64,000 nt of DNA from Octopus sinensis (GCF_006345805.1 NC_043007.1:56048001-56112000), one strand, 5' to 3'; positions 15,255-28,879 are shown, counted from the stretch's first letter. Numbers and translations are program-made. The notes: generated by a model from the sequence alone, not told the origin.

Positions 15255-15394
15255 CTGCTTCTTATTTCATCGACACCGAAAGGAGGAAAAGTAAAGTCGA
15301 CCATGGCCGAATTTGAACTCAGAGTGTGAAGCCGGACGAAATGCCGCTAAGCATTTTGTCCGGCGTGCTAACGATCCTGCCATCTCGCCGCCTT
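15255..15394 (-). mobile_element. tRNA-derived SINE (5' part)
   Basis: Minus strand aaggcggcgagatggcaggatcgttagcacgccgg...gagttcaaattc (A/B-box-like); same family as copies at 24469 and 52753. Confidence 0.85.
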
Positions 15395-15631
15395 GCTACG
15401 CTATATTATTGAGAATGAAAAGTTAGCCGACCAAAATGCTTATTTGATTAGTCAAGGAGTTTTGAAGCGATACAAAGAGAATAACTGATTAGAAAGAAAG
15501 CTGGAGACGATGTTGCTGTTACTGGTTATGATGAGGTGGGTTATATGAAGAAATAGTAGTGGTGGTGAGAGTACAGAAAATATAAGAAGAATGGAAGATG
15601 AGGAGAATGGGTGAAAATAGAAGATAAAAGG

Positions 15632-15730
15632 GAAGAAGAAGAAGAAGAAGAAGAAGAAGAAGAAGAAGAAGAAGAAGAAGAAGAAGAAGAAGAAGAAGAA
15701 GAAGAAGAAGAAGAAGAAGAAGAAGAAGAA
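15632..15730. repeat. (GAA)n microsatellite
   Basis: Perfect trinucleotide run. Confidence 0.97.
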
Positions 15731-17109
15731 ACAAAATTGGTTCGTTTAAATATCGGAGGAAAAAGGAAAGATGGATGTTTTGAGACAATTTGTCTTGTGA
15801 ACAACGGACCGCGTGTGTCTGAGTCCGGTCAATAATGTTAACCATTGATCCGTTAGATTTCCAAAGCAATTCTGAATATTGACGGCAGACATAAGAGGAG
15901 AAACACTGCTCTGGCTGTGAGAATAGTATTCAATCGCTTGTCTGCCTCAGAACATTCTAGGTTTTATTGATAGGGAAGTTTTATTTAGCACACTGAAGGA
16001 GAGATAAATTAATTTCAAGAAATTTCCATTCCTCCAATGCAGAAACTGCAGTTCTTTGCTGTTATTTTCTTTCTTCCCAATAATTCTTTCTCTCCTAGTA
16101 TTTTTCTTTCCTTTTTTATACTTACATTTTTGATAGAATCGGACGTGTCGAATAGAGGTTTGCTGATTGAATATCAAACCTAGAGACTACGCGAGGACTT
16201 AGTTTTGGTAAAATGATTTGTATTTTCATTTGAAAATGTGGTATACGATAATAAAAACGTTAATAAAGCCAAGAGATTAGTGTGATTAAAGGTTTAAACC
16301 AGTTTAATACACAGTCGCAATAAGTTACAGTGGCATTGCAGTGCTTTATATATATTTTCAATCTTTGGTGGTCTTTAAGACGTGGAAATAAGAAATTATG
16401 AACTGTCAGTATGACTTCATAATTAATAATTCGTATATAGTGTGAGTAATTAAATTAAATTCCTCGAATGGTACGGTTTCAATTAAATTCAAACTTAGTT
16501 TGAATCAAGTTTACTTCATTTGACTCATTAACACATTTTAAAAGGCACTTGTTGTACATCCCTTAATATTCAGTTTTCTAAAATATTCATTGCTGGCTAA
16601 TATATGTTAATGATGTTAACATCGCATCGAGGCCCGTCGGTGGGCGAACGCAGCGCTTCTTAGAGGGATGGGCTGCAGAAATCTGCACGAGCGGGGCTGC
16701 ACACGCGTTACACTGGAGGTATCAGCGGGTACATCTCCCCCGGCCCGAGAGGTCGGGAAACCTCTGAACCACATCCCGTGATAGGGATCGGGACCTGGAA
16801 CCAACGCCGTGAACGAGGAGTTCAGAGTAGGCGCGGGTCATCAGCTCGCGTCGATCACGTCACTGTCCTTTGTATGCATGTATGTATATATGTATGTATG
16901 TATGTATGTATTATGAGTATGTATGCATGTGTGTATATGTGTGTATATATTATATATATTACATTTATATACGCATATATATTAGATATATGTGTGTATA
17001 TGTATTATATTATATATGTGTGCGTGTAGAGTGAAAGAGACAGATAGAGGGAGAGAGAGAGTGATGAGTAATTCCTCGTTACCATAGATATACTGCATAA
17101 AGTTGAAGT

Positions 17110-17525
17110 TTTAGCGGTGGATCTATACCAAACAGATGGTTAGGGAATTCACTTTGTGAACTAAGAGTGTTCTAGGCCTTCTTCTCCAGCGTTTGGCATT
17201 GAGCGTTCCTTCTAGTAATAGTCTTTGTATGCCTTGTCTCTTACTCTGTCACCAAGGCATCTGACTACCTTTTTTTTTGTTTTAATAGTTGAGATCAATG
17301 AACTTTTTGTATTTGCTAATTGTAGTACTCCTTCATTCGTTTTATGTTTTGTTCAAGATATTCTTAATCTTCTACATATCCACGTTTCAAAAGCTATTTT
17401 GTCTGATAGAATTTTCATCAATGTCAGTGTTTCTGCACTATATCATAGTGTGGACCATACGTAACATTTACACAGTACTTTTTCCTGTTTCTGTATGTAC
17501 ATTCCTAATTGTTCTATTGATGTTA
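17110..17525 (-). mobile_element. RTE-clade LINE 3' fragment
   Basis: CYVWSTL*YSAETLTL...AFETWICRRLRIS..KTNEGVL...QRLLLEGTLNAKRWRRRPR. Confidence 0.75.
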
Positions 17526-17549
17526 GGAGTTGTTATATATATATATATT

Positions 17550-17855
17550 TAGTATACACATTCGCATTTCGCTAAATCAGCCATACATTTTAGCTAAACC
17601 ATCCGATTCTCGGATGGTTTAGCTAAAAATAGCACCTATTTGCGAGATACAATAGTTTAAACCCTTAAAGCTGCATAAGCATACGTATGCATGCACTGAC
17701 ACGGGAGATAACCACCCATGAGCAAAACTGGAAATCACTGGACTAAACTCGCTTCGTCTGTTAATCGCAGAGTCATCAGCAATGTCTGTCTCCGATTCTC
17801 GGATGGTTTAGCTAAAATTTATGGCTGATTTAGCGAAATGCGAATGTGAGTACTA
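17550..17855 (-). mobile_element. ~190-bp unit with terminal redundancy, fold-back inversion and a degenerate hammerhead
   Basis: tccgattctcggatggtttagctaaaa at 17602 and 17791. 17550-17606 is inverted at ~17799-17855. Hammerhead-like motif at 17736-17784 (-). Confidence 0.6.
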
Positions 17856-17861
17856 TATATA

Positions 17862-17913
<52 letters not shown>

Positions 17914-18180
17914 TTTATTTAAAGCAGCAGAAAATACAACAAAACCTGTTACTCTGAGTTTCTCTGATGACCCGCGCCTACTCTGAACTCCTCGTTCACG
18001 GCGTTGGTTCCAGGTCCCGATCCCTATCACGGGATGTGGTTCAGAGGTTTCCCGACCTCTCGGGCCGGGGGAGATGTACTCGCTGATACCTCTCGTGCGG
18101 ATTTCTGCAGCCCATCCCTCTAAGAAGCGCTGTGTTCGTCCACACACACTCACATACAAACACCCCCCCCACATCCACAC

Positions 18181-18224
<44 letters not shown>

Positions 18225-20639
18225 GCTGTCAATTGCTCGGCAGCTGATAAAATAGTACTTTCCTTAACATGGATAAACATTTCACTTACATCTCTTTAGA
18301 TTTCCCGCGCCAGTTATCAATAACATTTTTGCTGCCAAGCTTTTATGACATTCATTTATCTTCTGTACTAGTAACCCATAATGAAAGCAGAAACGCTCTC
18401 CGTGCGCCTAACTATAATAATATAACGATGTAAATGTCGCAAGGTAAATATCACATGCCAGCCACTTCAGGATACCCTCTCCCACTCTCTCTCTCTCTCA
18501 GTGAAGAAGTAGTTAATAGATGAAAGGGACCGCTGGGAGCCAAGTGGCTGGAAGGTTAGCACGTGGCATTTAATTTTGTCTTAAATGTTTGCACCTTTAT
18601 ATTATTATGTTGGAAAAATGATACCAACTTTAAAACATTTTTCTAGTAAATATATAGAAGTGTGCAATGAAGATTTAGCAGTGAAACTGGTATTAATGAC
18701 GCGGTGGCAGTCTTACAGGAACTGACCTTCAATTATTATTTCGTGCCGTCTTCTAATCTTGCAAAATGGATAATCCGGTACAAGTCAGGGACCAAGGATG
18801 TCGAAAGATCTCTGATGTACCTGTACAATGTTGTGTGTGTCTGTGTGTGTGTGTATGTATAGGTGTGTGTGTACATATATGCATGCATAGGAAAAGAACC
18901 AATCTAATTTAATCAGCACCATAGTTGGAACGTACCACGAATATAACCAGGAGTTTGTTCATTTTAAGGTAACTCTTACTATTAACATACATATACCTAA
19001 GCTGTTTAATGCATATAATGTTGAGGTTAGCTATTCCTGTCTCCACCTCTTTCGTCGTCATTATAATCATCGTCATCATCATCACCATCATCATCATCTT
19101 CTTCCACTTCCTTCTCTTTTTCCTTCCTACTTATTTTTTATAATTTTTCATCTGATTTCTTCTTGTTCTCTTTCTTCCTTTTTGTTGCTGTCGTTCTTCA
19201 TCATCATCATCACCATCTTCTTTTTCTTCTTTCCTACTTATTTTTATACTTTTTCCTCCAGATTTTCTTTCTTATTGTTGTTGTTATTGTCGTTCTTGTT
19301 CATCTTCAGCATCATCATCTTTTTTGTTCTCTTTTTCTTAGAAGTTCTCCTTTCTTTGATAAACATCACTTCACAGTATACTCGATGTAAAAGTTGAAAT
19401 TACATCGACCAAGTAATTCTTCAATCTACTAATCACAATGGTATACAAGAGATGTCCACTCTACCTTTAAATTAGAGTGGAACTTAATGAAATACTACTG
19501 CACCATTTTCTTTCATCTAAGTCATAAACTTTATTGTTTATTTTTAAATTTCACTTTTACGGTTTTTTTAATAAACATTAACTCTCAAAAAGACACAGCA
19601 GCGTTGTACGATGATATATATAAATATACGTATATGTGTGTGTGTGTGTGGGTGTGTGTATGTCGGTGTATATATTTATGTATATTATACATTTATGTAT
19701 GTGTGTGTATATATATATATTATATATATATACATATATACGTATATATCTATAAGTACATATATGTATAAATGTGTGTGTGCGTGTATATAAATATACA
19801 CACACACATATATATATACATATACTCGTACTATGTTTATATACGTGCATTATATTATGTATGCAATATATATTTAATTGGTTTCGTATGTCTTGTACTT
19901 ATTCTAAAATAAAAACCAGAGTGACAGTCCCTTTGTAGTGGCCCGTACTGGCAAAAATTGTTTCATTAATTTGCAGATTCTAACAAGTGAGCAAGCCGTA
20001 AAACAAAACCCTTCTTGGAGAGAGGAATTTTAAGTATTTACGATAACACTGAGCAATTAGACTTGTTACATCTACAAGACAGAACTGTTTGCTTTGTGCT
20101 ATCCTACACTTAATTGCTCTCTCTCTCTCTCTCTCTCTCTGCTTTGTACATTAAATTTTATGCTTCCCTCAAAATCCTCGAATACAAACAAATTTAAATT
20201 TGTAACATATATTTCTGGTTTCTCAGTTAGTTCATTGTAATGTCAGCATGCTCAAATATACTTCTTTTTATATAAAGGAGGAAGAATATTTTTACATAAT
20301 TTTGCGAAGCTTGGAAACGATATTATAGATATCAGGTTGAATACTTAGTTTTGGATGGTGATGGCATTCTCTAATTCCATTACATACAACGAGCATACTG
20401 CAGTAACTTACTGGAAGAGTTGAGCCATGTTACCATTTAAAGATGCCTTAAATATACTGTAACTCGTTTAATTCGCTGGAGTTGAAGAATATCTACCGCC
20501 ATTCTTCGCCCGTCTGAAATACCTTGCAGAAATTCCTTAAGCTAAGTAATTGTTCGATTTGTACCACATGAAACTTTCAGTACTACATATTTATTGAATT
20601 GATAGTGATGATTACGTATGTTTAGATAGTTCTCACAAG

Positions 20640-20681
<42 letters not shown>

Positions 20682-20689
20682 CGCGTCTA

Positions 20690-20770
20690 GGCATGAGTGT
20701 GTAATAAGAAGCTTGCTTCCCAATCACATGAATCTGGGTTCAGTCCCACTGCATGGCACCTTTGACAAGA
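20690..20770 (+). mobile_element. SINE 5' fragment
   Basis: aagcttgcttcccaatcacatgaatctgggttcagtcccactgcatggcacc matches the SINE head at 48690-48760. Confidence 0.7.
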
Positions 20771-21200
20771 GTCTAAAACACTCAACCTGATTTCTGGGCT
20801 ATCAACACTGTCAGATTTCAGACTAATACCGAAAATCTTGAAGTGTAGAAAACCCTGGTATCACGACAGTAAAACCGTAGTTTGGGTGTGGCGAAGAGTA
20901 ATTTATAACCCAAATAATAAGGTAAAGACATTTTTTAACACATCTTGAACGTTTCGTTACAATTATCTCTGTACCAACTCTACTTGCAATACCAGTTTAC
21001 GCAAAACTTCGAATTGAAAATTTACGCAATGTTTGCGGTTTTAGACATTAGAGAGGTAATATATCAGACTTGCTTCTAAAGTGCACGCTTACACTGTGCT
21101 TCTTCCATACATGGTTTTTCTTTGATTATATCGGGAGGAAATAAAAAGAAAATTAAAGTGTGGTTAGGGGATGAACAATTAGTATAGAGATCATGTGGGA

Positions 21201-21240
<40 letters not shown>

Positions 21241-21730
21241 CGAAGAAGAAGAAGAAGAAGAAGAAGAAGAAGAAAAAGAAGAGAGGGGAAGAAGGAAAAA
21301 AGAAGAAAAATATGATAGTGGAAGAAGAAGGAGGAGGAGGAGAAAGGGAGAAAAAGGAAAAGAAGAAGGAGGAGGAGGGGGAGAAAAAGAAGGAAGAGGG
21401 GAGAGGGAGGAGAAAAAGGAGAAGAAGAAGGAGGAGAAAACGAAAAAAGGAAAAGAAGGGAAGGGGGAGAAGAAGGAGAAAATTAGAAAAGGAAGAATAG
21501 TAGTAGTAGTAGTAGTAGAAGAAGAAGATGAAGAAGATGGAGGAGGAGGAGGAGGAGGAGGGGGAGAAGGACGAGGAGGAGGAGAAGGAGGGGGAGAAGG
21601 AGGAGGAGAAGGAGGAGGAGAAGGAGGAGGAGAAGGAGGAGGAGAAGGAGGAGGAGAAGGAGGAGAAGAAGGAGGTGAAGAAGGAGGAGAAGGAGAAGGA
21701 AGAGGATTATAATGAGGAAACGACAATATA

Positions 21731-23810
21731 CAGGGTGTTTCAAAAAATTTGATATTTCGCAATCTAATAACTCTGCCAGTTCTTATTCAAATGACTTCAA
21801 ATCTTAACAGCATATGTAGAAACAGATCAAAATTTTATATTTACGAGGGACGTTCAATAAGTAATGCCTCTGACCCACTTGCAGTTGTTTGATCTAGCTG
21901 AAATGGTGCATGTGCAATCATTTATATCTCTATAGAGTAAGTGGCAAATTACAGCTCTGAATTAATTGTGGTTTCTGATTTACAGGTGTTTGAACCGAGT
22001 CAAGTGTGAAATGGAGCCTGTTGAGTGTCGAGCAGTGATCCGGTTTTTGTATTTGAAAGGACGCACACCACGGGAAACTTTTGATGAAATGAAAGTAACT
22101 TATGGTGATGATGCCCCATCATATGACCTTGTAAAACACTGGCATCGTGAATTCAAACATGGTCGGAACTCTGTGGAAACAGCTCCCAGATCTGGTCGCC
22201 CCTTCAGCCATTGATGAGGCATCTGTCCGTCAAGTTGAGGCTGCCATTTTGGAAGATCGACGCATAATTATTCGCCAAATAGCCTATGAGGTCAAGATTA
22301 GTACCGGGTCTGTGGAAACTATCATTCATGACCATTTGCATATGCAAAAGGTGTCTGCCAGATGGATTCCCAGGTTGCTCACGCCTTTCCAGAAGCAAGA
22401 ACGCGTCGAGTGCTCGAGGGTGAATTTGGAGATGTGCCAAGAAGATGAGTCAAAATTTTTCAAAAGACTGATTACACAGGATGAAACCTGGGTCCATCAC
22501 GATGATCCAGAGACCAAAGCCCAGTCAATGCAGTGGAAGCACCGTGACTCATCCCCCCCAAAGAAGGCAAGAGTGCAGCCCTCCGCTGGCAAGATCATGC
22601 TCACAGTCTTCTGGGACCAGGACGGAGTAGTGATGACAGATTTCCTGGCAAAGGGTACCACAATTGCAGGAGCTTATTATGCTTCACTTTTGAGGAAATT
22701 AAGAGAAGTTATCAAAATCAAGAGGCGGGGCAAGATCAGCAAAGGCATCCTCCTCCTTCAGGACAACGCTCCGGTCCACAACTCGCTTGTCGCCAGATCA
22801 GAAGCACAGGCGTATGGCTATGAACTCCTCCCCCATCCCCCTACTTTCCTGACCTTGCACCCTCTGATTTTCACCTCTTCCCAGTCATGAAGTTGTTTTT
22901 GAAAGGAAAGCATTTCCCAGATGATGCAGCCTTGGTTTCTGAAGTCACGTTCAGGTTGGAGGACCAAGCTGGGGTCTTCTACAAAAACGGTCTCCAGAGC
23001 TGCATCAAACAATGGGAGAAATGCGTAACTCTGGGTGGTTTCTATATAGAAAAAGACTAATAACTGTACCAAGTTTCGTTGCTCTACTGCTATGGGAAGT
23101 GGGTCAGGGGCATTACTTATTGAACGCCCCGCGTATCTTTCCAGGTATAGAAATGGCATTCACTAGAATAGAAAAGGCGTTTTTGTGTTGGAGTATGCTC
23201 GAGCACAATCGAACAAGACTAAAAAGTCACCAACGGCAATGCAGATTTGGATATGGCACAAAAAGTAGAAGGCTGTCTGTGCAGGGCTAAAGGATTTGGA
23301 CGACCACTAACATCGGAAGAGACGGTCGAGCGGGTTCGCCTAAAACTTTTGCGAAGCGCCCAAAAGTTCATAAGAACAAGTCTGGAAACCCAGATTCCTC
23401 CAACGAATATTTGGCGTGTCCTGAGGAAACATTTGTTAATGAAGCCCTACAGGCTGCAGGACATGACGATATATTACAAGCAAAAGCGCAAACAATTATA
23501 TGTTGATGTGCAAGAGAAACTTGAAACCGAGTTCAAGGAACGTCTTGTTTCCTGCAAGCCTAGAAGAACTTGAGCAGAGAATCGTTACAGCACTGGAGAC
23601 TGTTGCCTAAGAGATGCTGCAGCGTGTTTGAGAGGAGCTGGACACGTGTGCCGTGTCTCAGGCGGTGCGCATATTGAACATTTGTGAAATCGTTTATGGA
23701 ATCCACATACTTTAAAATTTCTCATTCAAATTTGGAGGAATAAATTTTGTTGCTCAAAATTAAGCCTGTTTCGTTTCATTTGTTTTAATCATGTAGTTTG
23801 AAACACTCTG
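21731..23810 (+). mobile_element. Tc1/mariner-superfamily (DUF4817-type) element, deleted, hosting a nested mariner
   Basis: TIRs cagggtgtttcaaa / tttgaaacactctg with TA on both sides. Transposase remnants MAFTRIEKAF.. and ..CRVSGGAHIEHL*. Confidence 0.85.
21844..23133 (+). mobile_element. Full-length (1290 bp) mariner DD34D transposon with a frameshifted transposase
   Basis: TIRs cgagggacgttcaataagtaatgcc / ggcattacttattgaacgccccgcg with TA TSD. ATG at 22011 (MEPVECRAVIRF); WIPRLL, ITQDETW, QDNAPVH, YFPDLAPSD. Frameshifts near 22200 and 22842. Confidence 0.95.
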
Positions 23811-24468
23811 TATATTGTCTTTTCTTAATTTATTAACGTCCTTAGCTTCTTCTTCTTCTTCTTCTTCTTCTTCTTCTTCTTCTTCTTCTTCTTCTTCTTC
23901 TTCTTCTTCTTCTTCTTCTTCTTCTTCTTCTTCTTCTTCTTCTTCTGCTTCTTCTTCTTCTTCTTCTTCTGCTTCTTCTTCTTCTTCTTCTTCTTCTTCT
24001 TCTTCTTCTTCTTCTTCTTCTTCTTCTTCCTTCCTTCCTTCCTTCCCCACATGATCTCTATACCAATTACTCACCCCTTAACTACACTTATTTACGTTTT
24101 GTTTCCTCCCGATATCAGTAAAAACAAAAAAAGATTAAGAAAATAAAAGAAGACACAATGTAAGAGTGCACCTTTTATGCAAATCTGATGAAGTGCCACT
24201 CTAATGTCTAAAACCGCAAACATTACATACATTTTTACTTCCAATTTTTGAGTGTAAACTGGCTTGCAAGCATTATTTGGCACTGACGGTTACAAAAACG
24301 TCAAAGTACGACTGGTTTCTAACAAATTGCTTTATGTTTAGCAAATTTTGAATGAATATGGGGTTTATCCATAAGTTCTGAATAATTAATAGACCGATAT
24401 CATATTTGCTGTAGAAAATCAGAAAACTTTTGCAACTTATTACTTTCATTCAGTATTACTTTCAAATT

Positions 24469-24680
24469 AAGGCAGCGAACAGGCAGAATCGTAAACACGC
24501 GGGGACAACTGCTTAGCGGCATTTCGTCTGTCTTTATGGTCTGAGTTCAAATTCTGTCCGCTTTCACTTTGCCTTTCAACCTTTCAGGGTCAATAAAATA
24601 AGTACAATTTGAGCACTGGGGGTCAATGTAATCAAGTTATCTCATCCCCTGATATTTCTGGCCTATTGCCAAAATTTGTA
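24469..24680 (+). mobile_element. tRNA-derived SINE
   Basis: aaggcagcgaacaggcagaatcg...gagttcaaattc...gcctttcaacctttcagggtcaataaaataagtac. Confidence 0.8.
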
Positions 24681-25343
24681 TTTGATATTATTTTCAAATT
24701 TCTATTATCTCAAGTTGAATAGAATAATGATATTGAGACAAGCAACCACATAATCTTTTTATCGGGTTTTGGGAGACAAATCATTATAGTATTCAGATTT
24801 AAAGGAAATGTTAAACAAAAAAAAAAGAATTAAAAAATAGAATAAAGGAAAAGAAAATCACAAAAGAAAGTGAAATTGATTTCAGGGGCGCCTTTGCCCA
24901 ACGAATTGGCACTTAAAATTTGAAATTCATTCTTTGAATGCAACTTTAAGAATATCTAGGAGCAACTATATTTTATTACCCTCGCTAATTCGGATAAGAG
25001 GAAATTATTAATTGTTTTTCTGAAAATACTTTTGGAAGCCATTAATGGAAAGACGTATGCCATTCCAAGTGAAGAACAGTCTATATAACCGACGGTTGAT
25101 CAGTTCTTCGAATGATTTGTATTCCAGTTTTTTTTTCTTTGTACATGATTTGATAACGCAGGGTTTGCAACTGTAAAGTCAATACAGTATTATCATGTTT
25201 TAAAACAATAAATGAAATAAAATAAAAAAAGAGAGAAAAGTTATCTCAATTAGACCCGTTCTTCATGACTGTTCTGCTCCGGTTACTCAAAAGACCTTAT
25301 ATGAGAAATATTCGTTTATTCACACGCGTATAAATATACTCAT

Positions 25344-25381
<38 letters not shown>

Positions 25382-25511
25382 ACACACACACACACACACA
25401 CATACACACAAAAGCACACACACATTATCTCAATCAGCTTCTTACATTTCCATCTTAAAGAATGAATCACAGTTTTTAAGTACTAATTTCTTGGACCATA
25501 TAAACCGTATG

Positions 25512-25545
<34 letters not shown>

Positions 25546-26258
25546 TGTATGTATGTATGTATGTATGTATGTATGTATGGATGGATGGATGGATGGATGG
25601 ATACATGGATGGATACATGTATGTATGTATGTATGCATGTATGTATGTATGTATGTATGTGTGTGTATGTATGTATGTCGGTAGGTAGGTACTACGTATG
25701 TAGGTCGGAATGTAGGTAAGTGCGGCGTGTGTGTATGTGTTTATATGAGTTGCTCATTTACATAAAGATATTCATATACTATTGTGTGCATCAATGGTAA
25801 GTATGGTGTGTATTTCCATTGGGAGGCAGATACGCAGGCAGAAAGATAGTGAGATAAAGAGAAAGTGAAGGAAAGAAACTAAGAAAAGGGAAGAAAGAGC
25901 TAGTGTGCAGTTACAATATATTGGTTTGCAGACAGTGGACACAGAGTTGCACAACATCAAATTAAATAAATGAATACGGAAAATAAAATAAAATAGAATG
26001 AATTTTTTTCCTCTAATCTGTTGGTTGAAATTTTACTACTACTACTACTACTACTACTACTATTACTACTACTACTACTACTACTACTCAATAATGACGA
26101 ATACGATCTGCATCGATCTGGACAGTAGTTTTATTTTACTTGTCCCCGCCTCATATGATTTCAATGTTCCATTCAATCCTGCTAAACCATTAGTATGTTG
26201 TGGAGATTTATTGTCATAATCTGATATATTCTGATCGATTTTTATCTCTCTGTGCATA

Positions 26259-26320
<62 letters not shown>

Positions 26321-26610
26321 TCTCGTCCGTTTCCAAGTTTGTTACGAACAGATAAATGTGTCTCTGTTGGTCTCTGTTGCCGTAAAATGAAGTACAGTAA
26401 ACGTAAACGGAGTACTAGACATGGCAATACGAAGTAAAATATAATGTGACAAAAAATACAAGAAAAACCAGAACAACAACAACAACACGTAGAAGAAGAA
26501 GAAATAGAATTTAGTTCCAATGTGTGCTTAATTTCTAAATAAATAGACAAATTCTTGTGAGTTCGGTTAAAACAAGTAATCTTTGAAATTGTTATTGAAT
26601 ACTTTATTTG

Positions 26611-27059
26611 GGATCTTTTCTTTTTGAAAGCCATATTTTTCAGATTTTTCTAGTTAACTAAATAATTTGAAACTTCGTATACTGGTAGAATGTGTCAAAA
26701 GAAAACAATAATTTCAACTAGTTTTTTTTGACAAAAATGTATTTTATAAGTTTAAACGTAGTTTAAATCTGCGAATTTTAACCAATCGTATTGTCTGTTT
26801 TCATTTGAAATTATTAGCTGCATAGTGTTAATGTAACGTAGATAGCTATTTTGTGAGTGGGTAAGCAGTAAGCAAACAGCTGTGGTAGATGTGGTTATCA
26901 TGGCAGTGGTGGTAGTGGTGACAGTGGATGTGTATGATGGCAGCAATTATAGAGTTGGTGTTTTTGTAGAGGTGGTGGTGGTGGTGGCGGCAGTGGATGA
27001 TGATGATAATGATGATGATAGTAGTAGTAGCATTGATTATGTTAGGATGTCTCATGGAT

Positions 27060-27095
<36 letters not shown>

Positions 27096-27289
27096 ATGGA
27101 TCAAAACAGTTTGATTCAAATTCTGTGGTACTTATATATTCATACATACATATACATGTAGATGTATATAACATATATATATTGTATGTAAACATCTTTT
27201 ATATATATATATAATGTATGCATCTATAATACACACACATTATAAATATATACACATATATGCATATGCATTAGAATATGTGTGTATAG

Positions 27290-27334
<45 letters not shown>

Positions 27335-27699
27335 TATGTTTGTATACATGTGTGTGTAGCTATTTAGGATCTACACAAATTTTATATATACTCCACGAAG
27401 TTTACGATAAGCGGAGATGTTTACATTTTAGCTATTTACATGTTTACGTTAACTACGTCACAAAATAGCTGTTTACGTCACAGTAACAATATTTTGAGAA
27501 GCAGTAAATAATATGAGGCCGAAAGAAAGAATATCATTGGTTAAAATTCGAATTTTTAAACAACGTTAAACTTAGAAATTACAATTCCGTTTTCATTTTG
27601 GTTTACAATTATGTTTTCTTTTGACACATTCTACCAGTATACGAAGTTTCAAATTGCTTAGTTAACTAGGAAAATCTGGCTTTCAAAAAGAAAAGATCC
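26611..27699. mobile_element. MITE with ~170-bp TIRs and an 8-bp TSD (TTTATTTG)
   Basis: Termini ggatcttttctttttgaaagcc / ggctttcaaaaagaaaagatcc. tttatttg at 26603-26610 and 27700-27707. Confidence 0.9.
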
Positions 27700-27924
27700 T
27701 TTATTTGTTTTATTTATTCTAATTAAGTTACGACCATTCTGGTAAAAAGAGTAGAGTGGCGGAAATGTCTTCAACTTACTGATGTCTCTTCGGGATCTGA
27801 TTTGACGCCTGACTAGAAGTTAGTCTATCTGTGATCCCTCTCCACTTGATGCATTATGCTGATTCGTTTGTGAAGGAATCACCATCGCCATCATCATCAT
27901 CGACAGCAGCAGCAGTAGTAGCAG

Positions 27925-27959
<35 letters not shown>

Positions 27960-28803
27960 CCACCACCACCACCACCACGAACGGTCTTATTCGTTGCTTT
28001 CATTTGGATATTCGTGAATATTATCTCAGGGCTGTGCCAGATATGCGAGTATCTGGTATGACGTGCACTCATCACATATGTATTTCGTGGAGGGGCCAGC
28101 AACTGATCAGAGCTGAAGTATTTTGTGCTACAGAAAAAGGAATCTTAGTTCATGGCATTTAGGTTTAGTAAGGTTATGCAATGAAAGACCGATAGAGATT
28201 CTGCAGTAACATAAAGTTTTAGTTGTGTGTTCTTCCCGAGTACTAAAGTGAAGATTTTTGTGTTATCATATGTGTTAAATGTTGCTAGGTTTTTTTTGGA
28301 GAATGTTTTCAAGATTTGTCTGAAGTACAAATCTGGTTTGAGGTGACTGGGTTACGTATGGGTGAGACTCATACGGAGATTGAAGTAGTTGTTGACATTG
28401 TAGTTATTTTTAAGCCACAGACAATCTCTGGTGGAGAAGCCCTCGGGACAAAGGTATTCACGTTTTGACTTTAAGGCTTTGTTTTCACGTACCATGTATA
28501 ACTAGAGCTACAGTATTAATTGAGCGCATAATAAAAATTCACAACATTTTGTTTTATATTTATATGATCTCTCTCCTCTTTGTCTCATAATCTTAATAAT
28601 GTTGTGCTTTTTTAAAATCAATTTATGCCCTATTTTTATCCTTACACTTTACATTGCGGATAGACTTTTATAAATATATGTGTATATGTGTGCACGCAAC
28701 AACACACATGTGTGGTTATGTCTACTTGTATGAGCATGCATACATATATAATATGCACACATACATAGACATACATACATACATACATACATACATACAT
28801 ACA

Positions 28804-28839
<36 letters not shown>

Positions 28840-28879
28840 TATACAGATATGCACATTTCTCTCAGTGTTCACTATTTTC

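Larger units (their letters stand above)
16645..18138. repeat. GC-rich inverted repeat pair (16645-16843 / 17964-18138)
   Basis: Near-identical reverse-complement copies apart from a ~23-bp indel. Confidence 0.9.
20984..24270. repeat. Old, diverged palindrome (purine/pyrimidine microsatellites in the arms) interrupted at its centre by DNA transposons
   Basis: 20984-21205 is the reverse complement of ~24040-24270. GAA/GGA tracts on the left mirror TTC tracts on the right. gacaatata / tatattgtc flank the insertion. Confidence 0.85.

Noticed and set aside
17964-18060. CTGATGA at the edge of the GC-rich inverted repeat
   Set aside because: No stem II followed by GAAA on that strand.
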